Part shown: one piece after another, positions 17,394 to 25,926 of the stretch
How positions within the stretch are numbered: the stretch's first letter is position 1
Layout of the letters: every line of letters begins with the position of its first letter
Origin: an uncultured archaeon
Lineage (GTDB): Archaea > Iainarchaeota > Iainarchaeia > Iainarchaeales > CAZILS01
Reading direction: 5' to 3'
DNA: 64,000 nt
NCBI GenBank assembly: GCA_964540145.1
Contig: CAZILS010000004.1
Location: forward strand, 605 to 64,604
The notes under the pieces: model-generated
What the model saw: the letters and a program-made list of their open reading frames with translations, nothing else
Told to the model about the DNA's origin: nothing
Databases searched by the model: none
Program-made: the position numbers and the translations under genes

Positions 17394-17750
17394 TTAGCCA
17401 ATATCTACGACAAGCCTTTTCGGGCTTTGGACCTTTATCCGGATTTCCCCGCCCTTCTTCATTTGCATGAAATCCGCAATATCCTTGGAGATAGGCACAG
17501 CAAAGCTGTTTCCTACTTTAGTAATCTTCTTTCTGGATTCAAAGGGTTGTAAAATGCCCAGCTTGGAGACTTCCTCGTAAAGCTTATCTCCTTTTTTTGA
17601 GTCAAACAGCTCTTCTTTGCAGTCAGGGCAGTAATGGGCCTTAATGTCGTTTATCACAACTTTCCCCCCAAAGAGCTCCATGCTTGTTTTTATCTCCTTC
17701 AATTTTCCTCCGCACACACACTTCATTTTCTCACCTCTTTTCAGAGTCAT
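17394..17750 (-). CDS. Zinc-ribbon + SpoVT/AbrB-like domain protein (putative transcription regulator)
   Basis: CxxG...CPDC zinc ribbon followed by a swapped-hairpin AbrB-like segment (ITKVGNSFAVPISKDIADFM). The start may be the ATG at 17727. Confidence 0.5.
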   Translation of the reverse strand: MTLKRGEKMKCVCGGKLKEIKTSMELFGGKVVINDIKAHYCPDCKEELFDSKKGDKLYEEVSKLGILQPFESRKKITKVGNSFAVPISKDIADFMQMKKGGEIRIKVQSPKRLVVDIG

Positions 17751-18054
17751 ATGCCTTAATCTCCCGTTCGCTGCTTTTCCAGCAGGTTATAATCTTTATG
17801 CCGAATCTCATCCTCGCAAAGATTGCCGTGCAATAAACCCCCCCCAACCCTGCAGACCGCTTTCTCCTTTCCCAGCTTGCTTTCCAGAACAACACATTTG
17901 GAAAGCGCCTTTTCCACCTCGCTTTTGATTATTTCGTATTTCTCCTCGCCGGAGAAATGCAGGCAACATTTGTTGGCCGAAGGAAGCCTGCCTTGCCAAA
18001 GAAAAATGTGGGCAAGGATTAAATATATGCTTGCACTTATAAGCAATTGGTGGT

Positions 18055-18612
18055 TTGATGGCGAAGAAGGTTTTGGTTGCTTACGGGACAAGATACGGTG
18101 CAACCGAGAAAACCGCGAACGACATAGCGAATGCCCTGAAAATTGCGGGCCTTGAGGCGAAGGTTGCCGATTTGAAAAAAGAGGCGCCGAAGGTCGGCAG
18201 CTTTGATGCGGTTGTTGTCGGTTCGGGCATTGCCGCGGGCAATTGGACAGGGGATGCAAAAAAATTCCTAAGGAAAAACAGGGAAAAGCTGGGTAAGGGG
18301 AAGAAGCCATTAGCGGTCTTTGTCAGCTGCGGCAAGGCGCTTGGGGATTCCGATGGGGCGAAACAGCAGTATATAACCCAGGTTATGGAAAAAGAGGGAA
18401 TTAGGCCGGACCTTGCCGAGGCGTTCCCCGGCATTTACGATTTCTCGGAAACCTCTAAAATCAATTTCATCATGAAGGCCATAATGCGGAAGGCGGCGCC
18501 CTCGCTGGCGAAGGAGTCCGGGAGGAAAATAGATCCCAAAGGGAAGAACGACCTGCGCGACCTTTCAAAGATAAGGCGGTTTGCGAAGAACTTCGCGGCA
18601 CTTGTCGAGTAG
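18055..18612 (+). CDS. Flavodoxin-family protein
   Basis: KVLVAYGTRYGATEKTA N-terminal flavodoxin signature; 185 aa. Confidence 0.65.
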   Translation: MMAKKVLVAYGTRYGATEKTANDIANALKIAGLEAKVADLKKEAPKVGSFDAVVVGSGIAAGNWTGDAKKFLRKNREKLGKGKKPLAVFVSCGKALGDSDGAKQQYITQVMEKEGIRPDLAEAFPGIYDFSETSKINFIMKAIMRKAAPSLAKESGRKIDPKGKNDLRDLSKIRRFAKNFAALVE

Positions 18613-18623
18613 ATGCAGTGCGG

Positions 18624-18941
18624 TCACTTCTTTCTTGTGAAGGTCAGGTTCTTGTATTTCAAAGTATTGTTGTTGACAAGCTCGTACTCAATTTTTTCTG
18701 TTGCGGTTGTGCCGAACATATCCCCTGTTACCTGCATTGTCTCGCCGTCGATTATCTCGTAGTCGAAGGAAACAGTGCCGAGCTTTGATTTGATAACCCC
18801 CGTGCCATCTCCGTAGAACGAAAGTTCAGTTTTCAGCCCCAAAACGCTTGTCTCCCAGTCCCCTACCAAAGGATTCCCGAAAGTGCAGCCGCTTGCAAAG
18901 ACAACCGCCGCAACCAGTGCCAAAACCAATATCTTCCTCAT
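18624..18941 (-). CDS. Small secreted lipoprotein (hypothetical)
   Basis: Signal peptide + lipobox (FASGC); 105 aa. Confidence 0.5.
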   Translation of the reverse strand: MRKILVLALVAAVVFASGCTFGNPLVGDWETSVLGLKTELSFYGDGTGVIKSKLGTVSFDYEIIDGETMQVTGDMFGTTATEKIEYELVNNNTLKYKNLTFTRKK

Positions 18942-18942
18942 T

Positions 18943-19290
18943 TTATCCCCTCTTCCTGAAAAGTTTTTTCAGTTCGCTGAAAAGTATCGCAAGTGCAATA
19001 AGTATGATTGCCGCAGGGACGAAAGGGAACTCAAGGCTCCACATCCCGAGCTCGGTGCCGAGCCATGTTACCCCCCACGCAAGAAGGAACAGCGCAAAGG
19101 CAATCCCGCCTGCGCTCGGACCGGGGTGGAACCGCCATTCCCTGCCGCAGAACCTCGCCCCCATACTGTCCCCAAATTTCTCGCCCCAGTCTTCCCATTT
19201 CCTGCCCCACTCTTCCCAGTCCTTGGGATTGCCTATTGGGGGAGGGCCTATCGGCTCCTCTTTCTGCGATGATTCCTTGCCATTGGCCAT
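18943..19290 (-). CDS. Small membrane protein, paralog A (W-rich soluble N-terminus + 2 TM)
   Basis: GIAFALFLLAWGVTWLGTELGMWSLEFPFVPAAIILIALAILFSELKK is homologous to the 19341..19589 product. Confidence 0.5.
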   Translation of the reverse strand: MANGKESSQKEEPIGPPPIGNPKDWEEWGRKWEDWGEKFGDSMGARFCGREWRFHPGPSAGGIAFALFLLAWGVTWLGTELGMWSLEFPFVPAAIILIALAILFSELKKLFRKRG

Positions 19291-19340
19291 AGGCTAATTA
19301 AAATACTTAGAACTATAAAAGCATATCTTTGGGCATTGGC

Positions 19341-19589
19341 TTAGGACATGCTTTTTTTTATTGCCTTGAACAGGAAACCGAGGGCGATAACGATGACGAG
19401 CACAGGCCAGAACGGGAAGTTCATCGCCCACCAGGTCATCTCGTTTCCCAGCCAGATTATGCCCCAGATGAGCACAAACAGCCAGAATACTATGCCGGAG
19501 GTTTTGTCGTGCGAACCCATGAATGGATAACGCCTTTTTGGTATAAAAGCCTGCCCCCTACACTGCGTTTTCGAGCACAAGCTTGGCAA
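19341..19589 (-). CDS. Small membrane protein, paralog B
   Basis: GIVFWLFVLIWGIIWLGNEMTWWAMNFPFWPVLVIVIALGFLFKAIKK. Confidence 0.5.
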   Translation of the reverse strand: MPSLCSKTQCRGQAFIPKRRYPFMGSHDKTSGIVFWLFVLIWGIIWLGNEMTWWAMNFPFWPVLVIVIALGFLFKAIKKSMS

Positions 19590-20382
19590 GCATCATAGTT
19601 CCTGCCACTATGCTCGCAGCTGCAACCGCTTTCCTGAGTTTGCCGTGGTCGAGCGTCCTTACCGTGTGCACGGCGGCGGGGGTTGCGATGAGCCCGCCTG
19701 CAAGCAGCGAGGCGGTGAGCGGCAGGTTGAGGAGCCCATGCCCGTTTAGCGCGACATATACCGCAACTCCCGCTATGCAGGTTGCGCCCTCCGCCATCGC
19801 GGTTATCCCCACCGCTTTCCTGCTTTTTACACCCGCTATTATTTGCCCCCCTGCCAGGACAGGCCCGTATCCTCCCCCGGTTATCCCCTTGTTGAAGGCC
19901 GCAAGCGCCCCGAGCAGGCCCATTTTCGCCCAGGAAAAAACATACTCCTTCCGCCCTGTGGTGAGGAGCCGCGCCCCAATTATGATTATCACCCCGCTTA
20001 TGTAGGCTTCAAGCATTGCCTTAGGAAGCTCCCCCGCAACCAGCGCGCCGGCCGAAACCCCGACAAGCCCCATCCCCACAAGGAGCGCCACGACCTTGAG
20101 GCTCTTGGAGTCCAGACCGAAATCCACATTGCCTGCCTGGTGGTGCATAACTCCTGTTATCGTGCTGAGCACGGCGCTTGTGGCAAGCACCGCAAGCACG
20201 ACCTCCAACGGCGGGAAACCGAGCAGCAGCAGCAGGGGAGTCATCACCCCATAACCCTGCCCGACCGAAGCGTCAAGGAATTGCAGCGCGAAGGCCGCCA
20301 CCGCCGCAGCCGCGAGAAGCACAATCACCCATACCACCGAAATAATTTCGCAAGACACCTTATTAAACTTTCTCTGCCGCAT
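19558..20382 (-). CDS. TauE/SafE (DUF81) family anion permease (sulfite-exporter family)
   Basis: 274-aa polytopic protein with the KGITGGGYGPVLAGG motif. It lies in a GC-rich segment. Confidence 0.65.
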   Translation of the reverse strand: MRQRKFNKVSCEIISVVWVIVLLAAAAVAAFALQFLDASVGQGYGVMTPLLLLLGFPPLEVVLAVLATSAVLSTITGVMHHQAGNVDFGLDSKSLKVVALLVGMGLVGVSAGALVAGELPKAMLEAYISGVIIIIGARLLTTGRKEYVFSWAKMGLLGALAAFNKGITGGGYGPVLAGGQIIAGVKSRKAVGITAMAEGATCIAGVAVYVALNGHGLLNLPLTASLLAGGLIATPAAVHTVRTLDHGKLRKAVAAASIVAGTMMLAKLVLENAV

Positions 20383-20532
20383 TCAGCCCCCTTGCCTCCC
20401 TCCCCCCCGAACAGCTGCGCCGCTGACGAGCCAAGGCCAAGCAGCATCATTATGCAGCCTGCGGCAATCGGGATATCGCCGTATTGCCCCGACGCAAAAT
20501 AAGAGCCGGCAACCATCCGGAGTATCAATGCG

Positions 20533-21249
20533 ATGTTCCGGAACGCCGGGAAGGTTTATATACTTCAAGGCGGATTTTCTTACGGTAACATGGGAATCGA
20601 GAGGCCGAAAAAGCCCGGCGCAGTGGGAAATAAGCCCCGGGGCAGGAGTAACTTGCAGAAGGAAAGGCCGAAAGGGCGCAGGGCCCCGCCGCGCTCCCCT
20701 ACCTATTACAAAGACAAGGCGCGCAGCGGCGAATACTATATCGAGGAGGCAAATGGCTGGAGCTACGAGGACAGGGCCGGCTCGAAAAACCCAATGGAGC
20801 CGATGCACAGCGGCATGCAGCACTTGGTCCTGAGGGACCGCTACAGGGAGCCGAGGTTCACCCTGAGGTTTGCGGAAACCCCGTTCCACACACTCGAGAT
20901 ATTTTCCATACAGCGGGAACGCACTGCATACGCCCCCGGAAAGGACGGGCTTTACTGGGATGCGGAAAAGGAAACCGCGAGGAGCAAGGAGCTCCGGGAG
21001 AGGCTCGGGAATGTCCACCCTTCCGAATTCCTCCTTGCCGAATTCCTTCACCTAAACCGGGAAAAAATAAGGCGCGGGCTCCATGTCAGCCTGCATGTTC
21101 CCGTGGGCCAGGCGGCGGCCTACCGCGGCCTTGTCAGCAGGTTCTGCACCGAGAAACCGAGTGCGGCAGTTGAGAACGACGGCATCGAATGCCTAGTATA
21201 TCCCCTCAACCCCTCGCGGGAAAGGGTAAAGGCAATTTTAGGCTTATAA
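20533..21249 (+). CDS. Hypothetical protein (GC-rich island)
   Basis: 238-aa ORF with balanced composition. It is preferred over the overlapping antisense ORF 20383..21051. The start may be the ATG at about 20590. Confidence 0.35.
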   Translation: MFRNAGKVYILQGGFSYGNMGIERPKKPGAVGNKPRGRSNLQKERPKGRRAPPRSPTYYKDKARSGEYYIEEANGWSYEDRAGSKNPMEPMHSGMQHLVLRDRYREPRFTLRFAETPFHTLEIFSIQRERTAYAPGKDGLYWDAEKETARSKELRERLGNVHPSEFLLAEFLHLNREKIRRGLHVSLHVPVGQAAAYRGLVSRFCTEKPSAAVENDGIECLVYPLNPSRERVKAILGL

Positions 21250-21252
21250 AAA

Positions 21253-21744
21253 TCAGCCGAATGTTATCTCTATACGGGAGCCGAGGAGCTGCCCCATCGT
21301 CCTTTCCGCATCCTTCCTCCCCGACACCTTCGAGGAGTCCTTCCTGTTCACAATAATCCTTGTCCTTGCGCCCTCCGGCGTAAACACCCTGTTAACCCCG
21401 AGAATCCTCGCATAGGGAAAGAAGCTCCTCGCAAGCCTCTTCTCATCCTTGGTCTTCTCGACAACCGCAATCTTCTTTCCCAAAACTTTCTCCATGTCCC
21501 GCAAAACCCTTTTGTTTGAGGAGATGCAATTCACATTCCCCTCACATAGCAGGACAAGGGTTTTTCCTAAGTCCATGCTCCTGTGGAACTCAACATCCGG
21601 AAAGATATGCTTGTTGGAAAGCCTTGCCAGCATCCTTGAAAGCCTGACATCCCTCTCTGAAATCTCGCCCTTTTCAACCTTGTCCCTGCATTTGCTGCAG
21701 AGGGTGTCGCGCATAGCGTCGGGCATGCAAATCGCTGTCTTCAT
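21253..21744 (-). CDS. Zn-ribbon / KH-like putative RNA-binding protein
   Basis: N-terminal CMPD...CSKC zinc ribbon, then a KH-like segment (LGKKIAVVEKTKD...ARILGVNRVF). Function is tentative. Confidence 0.4.
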   Translation of the reverse strand: MKTAICMPDAMRDTLCSKCRDKVEKGEISERDVRLSRMLARLSNKHIFPDVEFHRSMDLGKTLVLLCEGNVNCISSNKRVLRDMEKVLGKKIAVVEKTKDEKRLARSFFPYARILGVNRVFTPEGARTRIIVNRKDSSKVSGRKDAERTMGQLLGSRIEITFG

Positions 21745-21790
21745 ATAGAAACCCCTGTGGGATAAGGTTAAAAGAAAATGGTGAAGATGC

Positions 21791-22066
21791 TTACTTCTTG
21801 AGAGAAATCTCGATAGCGGAAACTTTCAGGGGGGCGCTTCCTTCCTCGCCTTGCACTTCTTCTGTGCTGATAACGATGCCTGAAACGCCGATATCCCGCA
21901 CGAACTTATTTTTCACTATTTCCGCGACATCAACAGCCCGGCTAATGGCTTTTCCCCTTGCCTTGAGCTTGATTTCCGGCGCACCCTGGTTTACCTGCGT
22001 GATAACAGCCAGGACATAAGCCATTGCGGGCTTCTTGCCGATAAATATTGTGTTTCTCTCAACCAT
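21791..22066 (-). CDS. albA: Alba chromatin/RNA-binding protein
   Basis: [49 protein letters not shown] is a canonical Alba sequence. Confidence 0.85.
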   Translation of the reverse strand: MVERNTIFIGKKPAMAYVLAVITQVNQGAPEIKLKARGKAISRAVDVAEIVKNKFVRDIGVSGIVISTEEVQGEEGSAPLKVSAIEISLKK

Positions 22067-22123
22067 GCTACCCCCTCATCTTAAACTTTGCTTAAGCCTT
22101 TCCTAAGACTTTAATGCTAAGCG

Positions 22124-22981
22124 TTATCTAAAGTACTCGAGCGTTTCCTGGAAAATTCCGGGAGTTTTTCCCGGGTTGTAGTTGAAGTATATGCTCTTTC
22201 CTATAATGAGGTTCTTCTCCACGATGGCGGTGTAGTACCTTTTGGTCACAGCGTCCTGTATGTATGCGACTTCCTTTCCTGTCCTTGAGACATCGAAAGC
22301 CTCAACAACAATATCTAAGTTAGGGTCTGCAGGCGCCATCTCTATTCCCCTCATAATCTGATGGTCCTCGTCTTCCCTGTAAATCTTGCCTTTGACCACT
22401 ATTGGCTGTGTGCATGTCGGTTTCCCGGCAACAACCCTGTCGCATTCAACCGGAACAACATCCCCGAAAGTTGCTTCCCAGCCTATCACATCCGGGGCGT
22501 TCTTTCGGTAAATTCCGGAATTCTTGACCACAATAAGCTTTCCGCCGCTTTTGACATAGTTCTCAACCGCCTCCCCCAAAGCCCTTGAAACTGTCTTATT
22601 GCTTTCCATGGACTGGTCGAGGAGAATGATATCGTACTGCGCCAATTGTTCCTTGGGATTTCGCTCAAGGTCTTCAGCACTTTTGACCCTGAACTGGACA
22701 AGGTCCGCACTTTCGTTAAGCACATTGATTGTCTCCTGTGAGGAATTTCCTATAATAAGCATGCTGGCAGGCCCTCCGCCTCCCCCGAAAACGTCCGCAA
22801 CCACCCCGATAATTGGTGTGCTGCTGCCGATAACTCCGAATTTTATCGCCAAAAAGAATGCGATAATCAGGATTAAAATCAGAGGTATAAACCCTTCAAG
22901 ATTCTTGGAAAGGAAACCCCCGCGTGGTTCGCTGTAGTAGTCTGCCGCAGGGGCAGCATCTCCTCCGCCTTCAGGATACAT
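22124..22981 (-). CDS. Membrane-anchored extracytoplasmic protein (class-I glutamine amidotransferase-like/ThuA-like fold?), paralog 1
   Basis: N-terminal TM helix, then a domain with QYDIILLD...VKSGGKLIVV. Paralogous to 23122..24171. Confidence 0.5.
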   Translation of the reverse strand: MYPEGGGDAAPAADYYSEPRGGFLSKNLEGFIPLILILIIAFFLAIKFGVIGSSTPIIGVVADVFGGGGGPASMLIIGNSSQETINVLNESADLVQFRVKSAEDLERNPKEQLAQYDIILLDQSMESNKTVSRALGEAVENYVKSGGKLIVVKNSGIYRKNAPDVIGWEATFGDVVPVECDRVVAGKPTCTQPIVVKGKIYREDEDHQIMRGIEMAPADPNLDIVVEAFDVSRTGKEVAYIQDAVTKRYYTAIVEKNLIIGKSIYFNYNPGKTPGIFQETLEYFR

Positions 22982-23121
22982 TCATTTTCACCTTTTGTAA
23001 TTAATCTGTTAATTCCTATATATTCTTGTTATCTTTTTCCTTATAAAGATATGCTTTATTATAAGCCGAAAGTCCTATTTAAAGCTTTCTTAGTGCCTGT
23101 CCCGGGCTGCCCTGCCGAGCC

Positions 23122-24171
23122 TCAATGGAGCATGCCATAATACATGTTCTCCATGAAAAGCGAGTATCTCTCGGGCATTCCTTCCGAAAGCTGCATTTCA
23201 GGCGGTATTGAGTAATATACCACCCTGCCCCCAAAACCGCTTTCAACAATTGCCGGGAATATCCTCCCCAGGCGTTCCTCGCCTTTCTTCAGGATGTTCC
23301 CCCCTGTATCAAGGTTAAGGACAACCGTGGTGGGGGTATCCCCTCTCGCCTTGACTATCGCTGTATTGCCATAGGCCTTGAGCCCGGGCCTTATCGAATT
23401 TACCAAAGGATGGCTCCTTTCCGCAGGGTCGTAAACCCCTGTCCATGGAAACTCATCAGAGCAGCTGTTCGGTGAAAGGCCGCAGTAATTGCCAAGGTAG
23501 TTAATCCCCAAAAACCGGTCAAAACTAACCTGCTTATCAAACTTCTTCCTCGCCCACGGTCCTATCGGCTCTTCGCTTCCCCCCTCCTCCCTTTGCCCTA
23601 ACTGCAGGTACTCGTCTGTATTGCCTTTCTCGGTTCCGGCATCCCCTGTCCAGACAAGCCTGCCCCCAAAACCGACATACTCCATGAACATCTCAAGCTT
23701 CTCGGAGCTTATCTTCTTTGCCCTCGTAACAATAACCAGGTCATAGTTCCGCAAATTTCCGATTGTAACAGCATCCAATAACATCGTCCTCGGCCTAACC
23801 CTGATATAGGAGGGGTCCTCCATCATCGCCTGCAGCAGTTCCGGATCTCCAAGGCCTGTGTCGGATGCGGGGCCGTGCACAATAAGAACCTTGGGCTGCC
23901 CCCCCTCCGAGAAGTGCAGCGTTCCCCAATAAACCTCGCACCCAAAAGGAAAAAGCGAGCATGAAATTACGCTTGTCCAAACAAGGGTAAACCAAAGCCC
24001 AAAAACCAGCACAACAAGAAGCGCTATTTTCGGCAGATCCTGCATCATCCTGTCAAATTGGCCCATGTTATCAAATAGATTTATGCTTAAACTAGTATAA
24101 AAACCCTCACAACCCCCTCCCCCCCCTCGGAGAGGCGAGCCAGCAACCATTTTAAACCTTAGCCAACGCAT
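23122..24171 (-). CDS. Membrane-anchored extracytoplasmic protein, paralog 2
   Basis: NYDLVIV...VGFGGRLVWTGDAG is similar to the previous gene. The start is likely the internal ATG (MMQDLPKIALL...). Confidence 0.5.
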   Translation of the reverse strand: MRWLRFKMVAGSPLRGGGGGCEGFYTSLSINLFDNMGQFDRMMQDLPKIALLVVLVFGLWFTLVWTSVISCSLFPFGCEVYWGTLHFSEGGQPKVLIVHGPASDTGLGDPELLQAMMEDPSYIRVRPRTMLLDAVTIGNLRNYDLVIVTRAKKISSEKLEMFMEYVGFGGRLVWTGDAGTEKGNTDEYLQLGQREEGGSEEPIGPWARKKFDKQVSFDRFLGINYLGNYCGLSPNSCSDEFPWTGVYDPAERSHPLVNSIRPGLKAYGNTAIVKARGDTPTTVVLNLDTGGNILKKGEERLGRIFPAIVESGFGGRVVYYSIPPEMQLSEGMPERYSLFMENMYYGMLH

Positions 24172-24185
24172 ATAATTCAGATACT

Positions 24186-24350
24186 ATGAAAATGAACAGG
24201 GGACCAAGCGTATCGAGCCCAAGCTCCTCATTGGGAATCATGAGATTTTTCGATTCGGAGATGGAAGGCCCAAAAATGACGCCCGAATTCGTGATGATAG
24301 TGACAATCGCTTTCATAGCGGTTGAAGTGGCGCTGCATATGATGTCATAG
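24186..24350 (+). CDS. Sec61-beta / SecG-like preprotein translocase subunit (54 aa; missed by the ORF track)
   Basis: Manual translation gives MKMNRGPSVSSPSSSLGIMRFFDSEMEGPKMTPEFVMIVTIAFIAVEVALHMMS. The GxxRFFDE motif plus a single C-terminal TM helix is typical of archaeal Sec61-beta. Confidence 0.6.
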   Translation: MKMNRGPSVSSPSSSLGIMRFFDSEMEGPKMTPEFVMIVTIAFIAVEVALHMMS

Positions 24351-25313
24351 CCGGAGCAGGCCTTTTTCTTTCAGCGCGGCAATCGCAAGGCTGAAGTTTA
24401 TCGTTGCATCCCCGTAAACAACGGCTGTTTTCCCTCTCTCTTTGATTTTGCCCCAGCTCTTCGCCTCTTTCGGGAACGCCCCGCTTAAGCTCCCATCGTA
24501 TTCCTGCGCGGTTGTAAAATAGGCGGCGTAATCCAAACCTTCCCTCAGAAGGTTCGACCCGATTGTGAAGTGCTTCGCTATCCCTCCGCCCAAAATAATT
24601 CCCGCTGTTTTCCTGCTCCCTATGACAAGGTCGGCAAGCTCCTGCATATCCGCGGTTACATCCAGCCCAAACCCCTTATTGTCCTGCCTGAAGAAATAGC
24701 TCTGCAGGCCTATTGCCCCGTCAACTATTCCCGGGCAGAAAACAGGTATGTTATTTCTTGAGCACTGCGCAAGGAAAGAGTGCCCGTCCTCCAAAGACGC
24801 CCCTATCTTCGCAGTCAGTTCCCTCGGGCTCAATACCTTCTTATCTTTGTATGCGGAGGCAAGCACCTTTTTTATCTCTTTCTCAAACCTTTCGAAGTTA
24901 CTTGTGCTTATGAAAATGTTCCCAAGGCGGTTGATGCCTTTTTTATGGAGATGCTCGTCATCCGCCCCGAAAACCCCTAATTCATATTCTCCGGAAGCCT
25001 TAATCACATCATGGTCAATACTGCCCGCGGTTGTTATCACGGCATCGACAAACCCTTTCTCGCAAAGCTCTGCGATAACCCCGCGCAAACCACTTGCAAC
25101 AAGGTTCGCCGTGAAGGCAAGGAAAATAGTGCAGCCTTCTTTCTTCGCCGCCCCGATAACCCTCACCGCATCCGCCAGGTTGCTTGCCTGGAAACCTGCC
25201 GAGGAAAAGGAATCGACAAGCTCCCCCACGCTTATCTTTTCTTTGAGAAAAATGTCCTTTACCTTACCAGCCAAATTCTCCCCTTCCCAAAGGTTTAAGT
25301 TTAAGCTCCGCAA
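24345..25313 (-). CDS. dys: Deoxyhypusine synthase
   Basis: ILGGGIAKHFT and AQEYDGSLSGA motifs; 322 aa. Confidence 0.85.
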   Translation of the reverse strand: MRSLNLNLWEGENLAGKVKDIFLKEKISVGELVDSFSSAGFQASNLADAVRVIGAAKKEGCTIFLAFTANLVASGLRGVIAELCEKGFVDAVITTAGSIDHDVIKASGEYELGVFGADDEHLHKKGINRLGNIFISTSNFERFEKEIKKVLASAYKDKKVLSPRELTAKIGASLEDGHSFLAQCSRNNIPVFCPGIVDGAIGLQSYFFRQDNKGFGLDVTADMQELADLVIGSRKTAGIILGGGIAKHFTIGSNLLREGLDYAAYFTTAQEYDGSLSGAFPKEAKSWGKIKERGKTAVVYGDATINFSLAIAALKEKGLLRL

Positions 25314-25926
25314 CCATGGAATCGGTTATCCCAAGCTTTTTTAATGTTGGGAAATGGGCCCTTATTTTTCCCGTGCCAATATCCGAAACCCAGCCGTAAA
25401 CAGAAATATGTTTGGGGATTTTTTTCAGGTAGAACTTCTTGAGGTTATGCACCTGCAAAAGGACATTCGCCTCGACAATCGCTTTCCACATGGTTTCCTC
25501 ACTCAACGAAAGGTCAATTTTCCTTTTTTTCAGCAGGCCCTCAACCTTCCCCAGAATCCACTTGGAATTTGAGACCCATTTCTTCACAGGCTTGCTCCTG
25601 ATTTTCTTAAGTTCCAGAAGGGCTTTCATGCCGCCGCAGCCGTAGTGCCCGCAGACAACAATGTCCAAAGGCGAGAAATGGGAGATAGCATACTCTATTG
25701 CCGAACCCACAGCATAGTCATTCGAAACTATGTTCGCAACATTCCTTAGCACAAACAGCTCGCCGGGCTTCGCATTAACCAATTTCTCGGGAACAACCCT
25801 TGAATCGGAGCAGCCTATCCACAACACCCTTGGATTTTGCCCTTTGGAAAGCTTGTGGTAAAACGCATCCTGCTGCAATACCTCTTCCTTGTAAGCCTTG
25901 TTTCCCATGAAAAGCTTCTTCACCAT
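25264..25926 (-). CDS. Beta-class carbonic anhydrase
   Basis: CSDSR and HYGCGG zinc-ligand motifs. Confidence 0.8.
   Translation of the reverse strand: MVKKLFMGNKAYKEEVLQQDAFYHKLSKGQNPRVLWIGCSDSRVVPEKLVNAKPGELFVLRNVANIVSNDYAVGSAIEYAISHFSPLDIVVCGHYGCGGMKALLELKKIRSKPVKKWVSNSKWILGKVEGLLKKRKIDLSLSEETMWKAIVEANVLLQVHNLKKFYLKKIPKHISVYGWVSDIGTGKIRAHFPTLKKLGITDSMVAELKLKPLGRGEFGW

Noticed and set aside
17756-18310. 184-aa ORF on the minus strand
   Set aside because: It overlaps the flavodoxin gene on the opposite strand and has an S/P/Q-rich, low-complexity translation.
20383-21051. 222-aa ORF (-) in the GC-rich island
   Set aside because: Arg/Pro/Gly/Ala-rich product typical of spurious frames in high-GC DNA. 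The overlapping plus-strand ORF 20533..21249 has balanced composition and is preferred, though with low confidence.
24345-25313. 50-bp same-strand overlap between deoxyhypusine synthase and beta-carbonic anhydrase as a possible frameshift or pseudogene
   Set aside because: Both proteins are full-length with intact motifs. The overlap most likely reflects an alternative (GTG/TTG) start for DHS or a genuinely overlapping compact operon.
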